Assembly: GCA_041653635.1 (NCBI GenBank)
Contig: JBAZFC010000001.1
Location: 433,723 to 497,722, forward strand
Origin: Candidatus Micrarchaeia archaeon
GTDB taxonomy: Archaea > Micrarchaeota > Micrarchaeia > Anstonellales > Bilamarchaeaceae
Length of the DNA: 64,000 nt
Reading direction: 5' to 3'
The notes under the pieces are model-generated. The model searched no databases. It had not been told where the DNA came from and was given only the letters and a program-made list of their open reading frames with translations. The position numbers were made by a program, and so were the translations under genes. Below are positions 28,586 through 40,750 of this stretch, one piece after another; position 1 is the first letter of the stretch, and each line of letters begins with the position of its first letter.

Positions 28586-29295
28586 TCCCGTTTCCACTGG
28601 CTCCAGTCCGGGCGCTTCTCTTCTTCCCCCTTTTTCTCCTTCTCTTTCTTCTCCGGCGCTTCCTTCCTCACGACCGGGGCGTTTTCCTTCTTCTGCTCTT
28701 TCTTCTCCTGTTTTATGGGAAGCGCATGCCCCTCTTTTTTCTCAGGGACCTTTGACGGCACAGCGGTCTTGGCAGGAACGCCCTCTTTTCCCTTTTTCTT
28801 TATGGGGACGACCTCGGCGGTGGAGATGACCGTTTCTTTCTCCTCTTCCTTTTCTCCGGTGAGCATGCGGATGAGCTTGTGGATTATCCCCCGCCTCCTG
28901 CTCCTTTCCCCCCTCAATTGCACGCGTATCGCCCCTCCCGCGGGGCCTGCACCCGAATAATCAGTGGTGTCCTCCTCCTCAAGGCAGTACCAGCAGAGGT
29001 TCCTGTTGTTGAAGCGGTAGAGTATCTTCGTCTCCCTGCCGCAGCGCTCGCACCTTCCCGGCTTCTCGTACATCTCGGCTTCGGCGCCTTCTTCCTCCTT
29101 TTTCCTTTCCGGGGCGCGCTCCTCCTCGCGCTCGGCGTCCATCCTGCAATTGGGGCATATCCATTGGCCGCGCCACTGCTGCATCTCATTTTTCGGAATA
29201 TACATCCTGCAGCGCCAGCACTGCATGTTCTGCTCCCTGAAAGAGCATTCGGGGCATAGGTCAAAGCCCTCACGGCCGCATACACGGCAATGCAT
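28582..29295 (-). CDS. Multi zinc-ribbon protein with KE-rich tail
   Basis: 237 aa. Five CxxC pairs (CRVCG, CPEC, CWRC, CPNC, CERCG, CWYC). TATA box about 29 nt upstream. Confidence 0.6.
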   Translation of the reverse strand: MHCRVCGREGFDLCPECSFREQNMQCWRCRMYIPKNEMQQWRGQWICPNCRMDAEREEERAPERKKEEEGAEAEMYEKPGRCERCGRETKILYRFNNRNLCWYCLEEEDTTDYSGAGPAGGAIRVQLRGERSRRRGIIHKLIRMLTGEKEEEKETVISTAEVVPIKKKGKEGVPAKTAVPSKVPEKKEGHALPIKQEKKEQKKENAPVVRKEAPEKKEKEKKGEEEKRPDWSQWKRD

Positions 29296-29317
29296 GACCG
29301 TATGTTAGAGAGGATGG

Positions 29318-29329
29318 TGTTATATTTTT
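29318..29329 (-). promoter_or_regulatory. TATA box for the zinc-ribbon gene
   Basis: Minus strand reads AAAAAATATAAC, about 29 nt upstream of ATG 29295. Confidence 0.4.
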
Positions 29330-29333
29330 TCGT

Positions 29334-29353
29334 TTTGTAACCATGGTTACAAA
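29334..29353. promoter_or_regulatory. Perfect 20-bp palindrome (putative regulator binding site)
   Basis: TTTGTAACCATGGTTACAAA, perfectly self-complementary. Abuts the TATA/BRE region of the zinc-ribbon gene. Confidence 0.4.
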
Positions 29354-29379
29354 TAAGCAATATTGCACTAGAATAATAC

Positions 29380-29545
29380 TTCAGAGCTCCAGGTACTCAT
29401 CAGCAGGCATCCCCCCTATCTGTAGTCCAGGAGCCGAAGCTCCGGAAGAAACCCAGGGCATACCAGCCGGACTGTGAGCCCCGAGAGTCTTTTGCAGGGA
29501 GGGAAGCCCTCAGCAAACCTGCATCTCTTCATCAGCCCGTATTTG
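29380..29545. ncRNA. Structured intergenic region, candidate small ncRNA (strand and identity unresolved)
   Basis: About 160 nt with several stable hairpins (GGAGC-CGAA-GCUCC; GCAGG-GAGGG-AAG-CCCUC-AGCAAA-CCUGC; CUCUUC...GAGAAG plus U4). No ORF. Confidence 0.25.
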
Positions 29546-30590
29546 TCAGAGAAGCCTTTTAAACTCATCAAAAAGGAAGCGGGCGTCGTGCGGCCCGGGG
29601 GACGCCTCCGGATGGTACTGCACCGAGAATATGGGCTTTGAGGAGTGCCTCATCCCCTCCACGGTCTTGTCGTTCAATTCCACCTGCGTCACCACGAACT
29701 CCTCCGGCACCCTCTCCACTGCGAACCCATGGTTCTGCGTGGTCATGAGCACCCGCTTCTTTTCCGAATCATAGACCGGATGGTTGGAGCCGCGGTGCCC
29801 GAACTTAAGTTTAGAGGTGCTCCCTCCGAACGCATGCGCGATGCACTGGTGCCCGAGGCAAATCCCGAACATCGGGAGCCCTGCCAACTCCCTTATGGCT
29901 GAATGTACATTGGTGAGAATTGCCGGGTCCCCTGGCCCGTTGGAAATCAATATCCCATCCGGCTCAAATGCAAGGATATCCTTTGCCGTGGTATTCCACG
30001 GCACGGAAACAACCCCTATTCCCAGTTTGTTCAGCTCCTTCACGATGCTCCTCTTCACTCCCAAATCCAGCAGCACCACCGTCTTCTCCGCATTCTCCGG
30101 AACAAACTTCTCCACTCCCTTTGACGACGCCTTCTCCACGAAATTCACGGACGAATAATCAAAGGACGCATCCCCTCCCTTCTCCGCGCCCTCAAAAACC
30201 TCCACCGAGCACGGAAGCACCCCATGCGTCCTTATCTTCTTCACCAGCGCCCTCGTATCCACGCCGCAAATCCCGGGCACCCCATATTTTGAAAGGAAGG
30301 AGTCCAAATCCCGCGCCCCCTCCCTGTGGAAGAAATCCCCGCTCGCCTCCCTGACCACAAATCCTTCCGCCCAAATCCGCGGGCTCTCAAAATCCAGATT
30401 GTTTATCCCATAATTCCCGATGAGCGGATAGCTCATCGTCAATACCTGCCCGGCATAGCTCGGGTCTGTCAATGCCTCCTGGTAGCCCTGCATGGACGTG
30501 TTGAACACGAGCTCCCCCACGTGCCGCACCGAGGCCCCGAACCCCTCGCCGAAAAACGCGCTCCCGTCCGCGAGCCGCAGCACCGCCTTC

Positions 30591-30610
<20 letters not shown>
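29546..30610 (-). CDS. carA: Carbamoyl-phosphate synthase small (glutaminase) subunit
   Basis: 354 aa. Class I glutamine amidotransferase catalytic context (GICLGHQ). Confidence 0.9.
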
Positions 30611-33740
<3,130 letters not shown>

Positions 33741-33781
33741 TGGCCCACCAACAATTAGATGCTTACAATGAGCGTTAAAGT

Positions 33782-34243
33782 TTATAATAGTTTAAGCATC
33801 CCGTCCCCCGCCAGATGCGAGAGATAGCCCAGCAGCGCCGCAACCCCGAATATCCAATTGGAAAAGAACCAAATCGCAACCCCATACGCCCCTGCAAGCA
33901 ATAATGTGTGGGTAATCCCCCTGTGCCTCGGCTTCAGGTACGTAATGAAAATCATGTACAGCCCCGTAATCGCCAGCGTATTAATCAGAATGGAATGCCA
34001 GTTGTCCACCCCGCACGTAATTCCGTTGCAGGCAGCCGTATAAGAAAACAAGAATGCACAAATCGGTATGCTCAAGTCCGCATAACCCCTAATCTTGCTG
34101 GAGTCATGGTCAATGTCCGGCACGAGCGCAGAGAATGCAGCCACAAACACGATGGAAGCAAACAGGAAAACATCCGCCCCAACAAGGAGCGCAAACGCAG
34201 CCCCAAAAACAATCCCAAGCAGGACATGCCCAGCCCAATTCAT
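33782..34243 (-). CDS. Membrane-bound metal-dependent hydrolase (DUF457/YdjM-like)
   Basis: 153 aa. Polytopic with conserved His/Asp motifs (HRGITH, HLAGD). Confidence 0.6.
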   Translation of the reverse strand: MNWAGHVLLGIVFGAAFALLVGADVFLFASIVFVAAFSALVPDIDHDSSKIRGYADLSIPICAFLFSYTAACNGITCGVDNWHSILINTLAITGLYMIFITYLKPRHRGITHTLLLAGAYGVAIWFFSNWIFGVAALLGYLSHLAGDGMLKLL

Positions 34244-35127
34244 AGCTTAACCCCATACTTCTCAAACACCACTTCCTTCTTGTGCCTGTACGAAATGGAA
34301 TCAAACGCAATTGACAATACAATCAACCTATTCAGTATAGCATCCAGCTCCTGCTCCTTTATCTCCTTCCCGGTCCTCTCCAGCACAATCCCCGCATCCG
34401 TCGCCTTGAACGCAAAATGAGCCGCGGAATTCCTGTACAGCCCGTCCCAGAGCGAAACAAACTCGCCCACGAGCCCGTCGTTCACCCACACGCCCTTCAC
34501 CTTGCTTATGAACATCCCCACGGTATCATCTTTCCCCGCCTTTGAGAAATCCGGCGAAGTCAGGAGCAGCATCTTGTGCCTCATGAAAAGGTACTCATAA
34601 AAATCATTGTACAGCTTGAATTTGAGGTACATCCTCACCTTCGGGCTCACGTCCTCCCTCCCGGCGAGCGTGCGCACCCTCATCAAAAGGTCTATTTTCT
34701 CCGATGAATCCGCAACGTATGAATCCAGTACATTCACCACTTCCTCCTTCACCTGGAAAGGGACCCCGGTAAAGGATTTGGAGAACAGCCACGCATACAT
34801 CTCCTTGTACCTTCCATACTCCTCAAGAGAAGACAGCTTATGCCCGCCCACCACCATCTCCTCGCTCAAATCCTCGGCCTGGTCAAAATGCGCGAACGCC
34901 ATCTTCAATTTCCCGGCCTCGGATTCCGGCAGCGGCTCGGCAAACCGTATAGACGCAAGGATGGAATCCCCCTGCGATATGTGCATCGCCATCTCCTTCC
35001 TCAATTCCATCTCATCCTGGCTTATCCTGGGCATTCCCTTCACCTCAAATGAGCCCGCCCGGAATCGGACCGGGTTCTCCAGCGTGTAAGGCTGGCGTCT
35101 TAGCCAGTGGACCACGGGCTCTGGCAA
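34240..35127 (-). CDS. Hypothetical protein
   Basis: 295 aa, coding-like, no motif recognised. Confidence 0.5.
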   Translation of the reverse strand: MPEPVVHWLRRQPYTLENPVRFRAGSFEVKGMPRISQDEMELRKEMAMHISQGDSILASIRFAEPLPESEAGKLKMAFAHFDQAEDLSEEMVVGGHKLSSLEEYGRYKEMYAWLFSKSFTGVPFQVKEEVVNVLDSYVADSSEKIDLLMRVRTLAGREDVSPKVRMYLKFKLYNDFYEYLFMRHKMLLLTSPDFSKAGKDDTVGMFISKVKGVWVNDGLVGEFVSLWDGLYRNSAAHFAFKATDAGIVLERTGKEIKEQELDAILNRLIVLSIAFDSISYRHKKEVVFEKYGVKL

Positions 35128-35166
35128 AGATAAGTATACTATTTACCTAAAAGTTAAAAATAAGGT

Positions 35167-35724
35167 CTAGTACGGCCTCTTGAGCTGCGGCTTCACGAAC
35201 AGGTAATATCTTTCCTTGCCCTCCATCTCCGAGATTATCCTGTGCACGAAAATGGCCGCCGGGTCCCCCAAAGTGGAAACCCTCGCCTTGAGATCCGCGA
35301 AGTTCTCAAACGGCTTCTTGTCCCTCTCCTTGAGTATGAGCTCCATGTTCTTTTTTCCTATTCCCGGAATCAAATCCAGCTGGTGCACCCTCATGGAGAT
35401 GGGCCCGGCCTTGTTTATGAAATTCACGAACACCGCCTCGCGGGATTCCACTATCTTCCTCACCACATTCGGCACTATGTCCTTCGCCCCGGTGGTCAGT
35501 TCGGTATACTCTATCCTCCCCTTTATCCTGTCCACTTCCGTGCGGTCGCCCTTCCCCACGAATATCTTGGCGCCCACGGTGATGTTCGCGTCCGGCTTCG
35601 CCGTCGCCTCAAGCAGGGTGAAGAACTGGTCCCCCACGAGCTGGACGATAGGCTCCTGCCTGAGCCCGACCGCCCTTCCCCGGGAGAGGTATTCAACAAC
35701 CCATGCGTAATCTTCCATAGCCAT
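35167..35724 (-). CDS. DUF655/COG1491 HhH nucleic-acid-binding protein
   Basis: 185 aa. HhH motif LIPGIGKK. Sits in the conserved L21e-RpoF-DUF655 operon position. Confidence 0.65.
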   Translation of the reverse strand: MAMEDYAWVVEYLSRGRAVGLRQEPIVQLVGDQFFTLLEATAKPDANITVGAKIFVGKGDRTEVDRIKGRIEYTELTTGAKDIVPNVVRKIVESREAVFVNFINKAGPISMRVHQLDLIPGIGKKNMELILKERDKKPFENFADLKARVSTLGDPAAIFVHRIISEMEGKERYYLFVKPQLKRPY

Positions 35725-36047
35725 TACCCAAGTGCCCTAAGCACGTCCTTCATTTCCTCTTCGCTTATGTCTATCTTGTTCTTCAGCAGCACCGCCTTGA
35801 GCGCCGCCTCGCTGCCAGGCATGATATCAACAATCTTGACCGCCGTCTCCTCGTCAATCTTCGGGCTCGCCGCCTTCACCTTCTTCAGCATGCCCTCCGA
35901 CTTCTTCCTGTCCGTCTTCGCGAAGAGTGTCGCATGCTCCAGCGCGTTCGCCTGTTCGTACCCCAGCTCCTCACCCGCGTCCTTCCTTGCCTGCAGCACT
36001 TCCAGCACGTCCGCCATCGGCACGGGCCTGGAATTGGTTATCTTCAT
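35724..36047 (-). CDS. rpoF: DNA-directed RNA polymerase subunit Rpo4/F
   Basis: 107 aa. Position between rpl21e and DUF655, as in many archaea. Confidence 0.7.
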   Translation of the reverse strand: MKITNSRPVPMADVLEVLQARKDAGEELGYEQANALEHATLFAKTDRKKSEGMLKKVKAASPKIDEETAVKIVDIMPGSEAALKAVLLKNKIDISEEEMKDVLRALG

Positions 36048-36319
36048 TGCATCCCCCTCAGGTGCACAGGTGAGGCGATGAGCCTCTTCCTGGCGTTCAT
36101 GTCCCTTATCTCAACCACGTACGCCTTGCCCCTCTTCTCAACTATGGTCCCATGCCTTCCGTCATAACGCGGAGCAGGGAAGCCCGAGAAGCAGGGCTGC
36201 AGGGATATGACTACCCTGTCCCCTTTCTTGAAGGTCTTAACACGGTCCCCGACCGTGAGCTTCTTGCTCTTCTTGAACCTCTTGGTCCTCCTGACCATTA
36301 TTCCCTTTGAGTTCTTCAA
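36044..36319 (-). CDS. rpl21e: 50S ribosomal protein L21e
   Basis: 91 aa. L21e pattern (VGDRV...GRHGTIVEKRGKAYVVEI...PVHLR). Confidence 0.85.
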   Translation of the reverse strand: MKNSKGIMVRRTKRFKKSKKLTVGDRVKTFKKGDRVVISLQPCFSGFPAPRYDGRHGTIVEKRGKAYVVEIRDMNARKRLIASPVHLRGMQ

Positions 36320-36453
36320 TTTTCACACCCTGTTTCCATTATTTCCGATTTCGGATTTTTAAATCTGCCACTGTTGGGTATGCAGAATCCGTGCTAATTT
36401 ATTTCTGCACCCCTTTATAAATGTTGCTGCCGGATATTTAAATAGGTGATTCT

Positions 36454-37029
36454 TTGTCTCCGAAGCTTAAGGGGATTGACTATACAATTACCAACATCGT
36501 GGCATCTTCCAACCTCGGCCTCGAGCTGGACCTTTTCCTCATAGCGACCAAAATCCCGCAGGTTGAGTACGAGCCCGAGCAGTTCCCGGGCGCCATCCTG
36601 AAGTTCGACGACCCGAAGGCCACCATTCTCCTGTTCAAGAACGGGAAGATAGTCTGCGTCGGGTGCAAGAGCGAGGCGAAGATAGCGGAGACCATCGCAA
36701 AGACGGTGAAGCTCCTCACGCCCTACGCCAAGAAGATAATAAAGAAGACCAAGAGGCCCGAGTTTGAGATAACGAACATCGTCGCATCCGCGAACCTGGG
36801 CATGGGCCTGGACCTATACACTATTGCTTCCGAAGTTGAGAACGTGGAATACGAACCGGAACAATTTCCGGGCGCAATCCTCAAGTTCCGCGAGCCGAAG
36901 GCCTCGTTGCTGCTTTTCAAGAACGGGAAGGTCATCTGCGCGGGCTCCAAGGACGAGAAGAGCATAGAGGCGGCCCTCATGAAGGCGAAGAAAATCCTCA
37001 AGCCCTTCTCCACGGTGAATCCACGGTGA
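36454..37029 (+). CDS. tbp: TATA-box binding protein
   Basis: 191 aa. Two direct TBP repeats (NIVASSNLGLELDL / NIVASANLGMGLDL). Apparent TTG start. TATA TTTATAAAT about 36 nt upstream. Confidence 0.9.
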   Translation: MSPKLKGIDYTITNIVASSNLGLELDLFLIATKIPQVEYEPEQFPGAILKFDDPKATILLFKNGKIVCVGCKSEAKIAETIAKTVKLLTPYAKKIIKKTKRPEFEITNIVASANLGMGLDLYTIASEVENVEYEPEQFPGAILKFREPKASLLLFKNGKVICAGSKDEKSIEAALMKAKKILKPFSTVNPR

Positions 37030-37337
37030 AAGGGACAATGCCCACACAGAAGCAGGTAATGGGCAAGCTCAAGGAAGTGCTGGACCCCGAGATAGGCGTA
37101 AACATAGTGGATTTAGGGCTAATTTACGAAGTCAAGGTGGAAAAAGCACAGGTCAATATCAAAATGACCTTCACCACCCCCGCATGCCCCCTCCTCGGCT
37201 ACATAGTGAACAACGTCCAGTCAAAAGTCCGCGAACTCAAAGGCATCTCGGACGTGCAGGTACAATTCGTATGGGAGCCGCGCTGGACGCCTGAGCGGAT
37301 GAGCTCCGCCGCCAAAAAACAATTGGGATTGCAATGA
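37026..37337 (+). CDS. DUF59/MIP18-family Fe-S assembly protein (SufT-like)
   Basis: 103 aa. DUF59 signature (IVDLGLIY...ACPL). Confidence 0.7.
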   Translation: MKGTMPTQKQVMGKLKEVLDPEIGVNIVDLGLIYEVKVEKAQVNIKMTFTTPACPLLGYIVNNVQSKVRELKGISDVQVQFVWEPRWTPERMSSAAKKQLGLQ

Positions 37338-37642
37338 TGGTCGTCCTCACAACCCTGCCCTCGTATGCGCATGCCGAGCGGCTCGCCTCCTCCATAGTTG
37401 ATTCCCGCCTCGCCGCCTGCGCAAGCATCCTGCGCATAGAGCACTCCTATTACAGGTGGAAGGGCCGCACCGTCCGCGCCCCGGAAATCCTCCTCATCAT
37501 CAAAACCCGCAAATCCCTCTATGCCAAGGCAGAAGCGTTCATAAAGAAAAACCATCCCCACAAGTGCCCGGAGATAATCGCGCTCTCGCCTTCCAAGGTG
37601 AGCAAGGACTACAAAAAGTGGCTCTATTCAGAAACCGGATGA
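37334..37642 (+). CDS. cutA: Divalent-cation tolerance protein CutA
   Basis: 102 aa, CutA1 fold length. Confidence 0.8.
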   Translation: MMVVLTTLPSYAHAERLASSIVDSRLAACASILRIEHSYYRWKGRTVRAPEILLIIKTRKSLYAKAEAFIKKNHPHKCPEIIALSPSKVSKDYKKWLYSETG

Positions 37643-37683
37643 ATCCAGCTGGCTCTCCGGAATCAGCAGCGCAAATGGCGCAG

Positions 37684-37959
37684 CTATTCCCCCATTTTGC
37701 TCCAGATGAAAGCGAAAAGCCAGCCCACAACAGCGCCCATGATGAACGCGCCAACGATGCCCACGATAAAAGTGAGCACGTCAAACGGGAGCGCAGTCAG
37801 CGTCACCCCTGTGACGAAGTGGACCGAGTGCCACCATCCCATTATGCCGCCACCAGTCGCCGTTACCAGCACAACCCAAACAATGTGCAGCACGGCGAAC
37901 AGCAGCCCCAGCGAGATGGCCGCCCGCTTTCCGCTTATCTCCATCGCCATGCAGAGCAC
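37684..37959 (-). CDS. Small membrane protein
   Basis: 91 aa with three hydrophobic helices. Confidence 0.4.
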   Translation of the reverse strand: MLCMAMEISGKRAAISLGLLFAVLHIVWVVLVTATGGGIMGWWHSVHFVTGVTLTALPFDVLTFIVGIVGAFIMGAVVGWLFAFIWSKMGE

Positions 37960-37987
37960 TCAAAAAGAAGGAATTTATGCCTTCCGC

Positions 37988-38572
37988 TCAGGAGAAAACC
38001 AATTCCAGCACTCCATTCTTATACTTCTTTTCCATCTTCTTCCCGCCCACATCCTCGGGCAGCTCCACCTTCCTGTAATATTTGCGCGCCCCTTCCGCCT
38101 TTATTTCCAATTCCTTCCCGCTGACGCTGAGCTGCACGTCCTTCTCGCCAACTCCCGGCATCTCCGCAATGACGTTTATGCCTTTCTTGTCCTTGAAAAC
38201 ATCAACCAGGGGCTCCCTTCCCTCGCCTTCATGTTCCTGCTCCCGGCTTCCAGCTTCCGAAATCTTCTCCCGCCCTTCCCCTTCTCCTGTTTCCCTCTCC
38301 AGCACCCTCATCTCCTGCTCCTTCCTCTTTATGTCCCCGAACTCCGTAACTACGGGTTTTCCGTCCTGCCCTACCCTTATGGAGAACCCATAAACCTGCG
38401 GCCCCCTCATCTGGGAGAGGCGCCTCACCTCGTTTTGGGGCATGCCCTTCATCATCCGCTCCATCATCTCCTCCATCTCCTCGCGCATCCGCTCGAACTC
38501 GCCGCCGAACCCGAACTCGTCCTCGTCAAGTCCGAAGAACCCGAAGGGCCTTCTCTTCCTGCCGGTCGCCAT
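37988..38572 (-). CDS. Small heat shock protein (Hsp20) with E/G/M-rich N-terminal extension
   Basis: 194 aa. C-terminal alpha-crystallin domain (VDVFKDKKGINVIAEMPG...GVLELVF). Confidence 0.8.
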   Translation of the reverse strand: MATGRKRRPFGFFGLDEDEFGFGGEFERMREEMEEMMERMMKGMPQNEVRRLSQMRGPQVYGFSIRVGQDGKPVVTEFGDIKRKEQEMRVLERETGEGEGREKISEAGSREQEHEGEGREPLVDVFKDKKGINVIAEMPGVGEKDVQLSVSGKELEIKAEGARKYYRKVELPEDVGGKKMEKKYKNGVLELVFS

Positions 38573-38643
38573 AACAATCCCACCATACAGTCGTCCCCAT
38601 AGCTATTTAACTTTTCTCTTGCCATCCCTCCAATGGTGAGCAA

Positions 38644-38859
38644 GTGGAGGAGAAGAAAAGTTTCGACCTTCCGAAGCCGGTAAAGGAGGGCGACATATTA
38701 GACGTGACGATTGAATCAGTGGGCGGCAAAGGCGACGGCATGGCCAAGAAGGACGGTTTCGTCATTTTCGTGCCGAACGCCCAGAAGGGAGACGCAATCA
38801 AGGTAAAGATAGTCTCGCTCAAGCGCACCTTCGGCATAGGCGAAAGGGTGGAGGAATAG
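38644..38859 (+). CDS. TRAM-domain protein
   Basis: 71 aa, stand-alone TRAM fold (GDILDVTIESVGGKGDGMAK...). Confidence 0.7.
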   Translation: MEEKKSFDLPKPVKEGDILDVTIESVGGKGDGMAKKDGFVIFVPNAQKGDAIKVKIVSLKRTFGIGERVEE

Positions 38860-39294
38860 ATGTTCATACCCGACCCGTACGAAAAATTGAAGAAGCTCCG
38901 CAAGAAGATGTACTGGGACTTCCCGGACATTTTCGGCAGGGAGTTTGACTTCTACACCGCGGAGGCGAGGATTCCGCTCGCCGACCTGCGCAAGGAAAAG
39001 AACGACCTCGTCCTCGTAGTGGAAATGCCCGGCCTGCACAAGGAGGACATAAAGGTGGACTTGCACGAGGGCAGAGTCCGCATCTCAGGCGGCAGCAAGG
39101 CGGGCAAGGAAGAAAAAGGAAAGGGCTTCTACCACAAGGAACGCCTCATCTCCGCATTCTCACGCGAATTGGCGCTCCCCGAGGAGGTTGACCCCTCCTC
39201 CGCAAAGGCCAAATATGAGGACGGAGTGCTGGAAATCCGGATGAGGATAAAATCCGGCCAGAAAAAGAAGGGCAGGCAGTTAGTGATACGCTAA
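38860..39294 (+). CDS. Small heat shock protein (Hsp20)
   Basis: 144 aa alpha-crystallin domain. Start immediately follows the TRAM ORF stop. Confidence 0.8.
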   Translation: MFIPDPYEKLKKLRKKMYWDFPDIFGREFDFYTAEARIPLADLRKEKNDLVLVVEMPGLHKEDIKVDLHEGRVRISGGSKAGKEEKGKGFYHKERLISAFSRELALPEEVDPSSAKAKYEDGVLEIRMRIKSGQKKKGRQLVIR

Positions 39295-39379
39295 AGTGGT
39301 GCAAATAACGTTCGCAAAAGTTTCCTTTCTCCCAAAACCTAGCCATTTAAATACTCTTTTTGCGACTTATACTACCATT

Positions 39380-40744
39380 ATGCCTTCAAATAATTCTCCA
39401 GAAAAATCCAGGCAGCTTTCGCTTCTCGATGAAAGCGGCCCAAAGGGCCTCAGGAGTACTCCGCCCCCGCTCACTGCAAGGTACGGCTCCACAAACCGCG
39501 TCCCCAGGGAGTTCTTCTTCCCCGAAGGCGACGTGACGCTTGAGCGCATAGTGGGCGCCATGCAGTCCTGGAAGAACAACGGCATAGACGGTTTCAAAAG
39601 GGCGTACGCTTTCCATAGGAAGCTGCTGGCCGCGGAAGGGAAGCCCCGCCTGAGGGAGGACGGCACGCTGTATGAGCAGCACCCCGCCAGGGTGGCCCTG
39701 CGCATGGCGATTGTAGGCGGCGGCTCCGACATAGTCACGCCCGCTTATCTTCACGACATCACGGAGGATTTTGACGTGCCGCCGGAAAGGCTCGGGGAGT
39801 TCGGCCACATAGTCACCCCCAGGGTATCGCTCCTCACGAAGGGCAGGTGGAACCCGGACGTTTCCCCGGACTGGATATATCCTGAAAACCCGGCTTTTTA
39901 TACGATGGAGGACCTGTACGAGCCCACGATGTACGCCATGCGCGCAAGGAGCTACAACGACCGGCTCCTGGATGCCGGCGACATCTCCGTGGTCCTGATA
40001 AAGGCGGCGGACCACCTTGACAACCTCATGCACTGGGACAAGGCGAAGCAGCAGAGGAACGTTGAGACCATGCTGAACAACGTCCTTGCCATCCTCATGC
40101 GCATGCTGGCGTGGGAGGACGTGCAGGCGCTCGTGAAGTTCATACGTGAAAACGTCAAGCTGGAGGTGCCCGAGGGCATGCTCGTGCAGTCAAAGTCGTG
40201 GGTTGAGAGGCACGAGCCGAGGGACATCATACTCAGGAAGGGGCTGAAGGGCATGCTCACCGGGCTGCAGATTCCGCGCTCCGGGCAGGCGAACATATAC
40301 GGCGCAAGCGCGAAGTACGCCCTGCCCCTTGGCTGGTGCGAGGTCGGGCTCCCCAACGACCGCAAGGACTACCTGAAGCTTCTTACAGATGCGTTCTCCC
40401 CGGACTATTCGGTAATCCCGGTGGAGAGCAAGCTGCCCCCGGGCATGCCTGCCAGCGAACAGATGTTCCGCGTCTTCATACCCCGGGACGAGGCAGCCAT
40501 CGCGCCATACGGCTTCGCGTTTGATGAAAGGACCGCGCGGCTTACATTGAGCATGGGGGAGAAGAGGTTCAGGTTAATGCTGCACACCCTTGACCGGGAA
40601 TTCATCATAGAAGACCCTGCCCTGGACGGTCCAATCCATGATATCGAGGCACGTTGCCACGACATCGTTTCAAGGGTAAGGGATTTCCACACCAAGTACA
40701 TCCTCCCGGGCCTTGAGGCGAACTCCAGCATACCCCCGCAGTGA
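39380..40744 (+). CDS. RelA/SpoT-type HD-domain protein (putative (p)ppGpp hydrolase-like) with long unknown C-terminal domain
   Basis: 454 aa from ATG 39380 (TATA TTTAAATA at -27). Motifs AFHRK...YEQHPARVA, AYLHDITEDF, LIKAADHLDNLMH match the RelA/SpoT hydrolase HD fold. Confidence 0.7.
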   Translation: MPSNNSPEKSRQLSLLDESGPKGLRSTPPPLTARYGSTNRVPREFFFPEGDVTLERIVGAMQSWKNNGIDGFKRAYAFHRKLLAAEGKPRLREDGTLYEQHPARVALRMAIVGGGSDIVTPAYLHDITEDFDVPPERLGEFGHIVTPRVSLLTKGRWNPDVSPDWIYPENPAFYTMEDLYEPTMYAMRARSYNDRLLDAGDISVVLIKAADHLDNLMHWDKAKQQRNVETMLNNVLAILMRMLAWEDVQALVKFIRENVKLEVPEGMLVQSKSWVERHEPRDIILRKGLKGMLTGLQIPRSGQANIYGASAKYALPLGWCEVGLPNDRKDYLKLLTDAFSPDYSVIPVESKLPPGMPASEQMFRVFIPRDEAAIAPYGFAFDERTARLTLSMGEKRFRLMLHTLDREFIIEDPALDGPIHDIEARCHDIVSRVRDFHTKYILPGLEANSSIPPQ

Positions 40745-40750
40745 TGTTTT

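Noticed and set aside
29380-29545. Box C/D sRNA on the minus strand (two CUGAUGA boxes each followed 12-15 nt later by CUGA)
   Set aside because: The boxes are about 140 nt apart, with no C'/D' pairing partner at sRNA-like spacing. No terminal stem can form to give a kink-turn. Retained only as part of a generic candidate-ncRNA finding.
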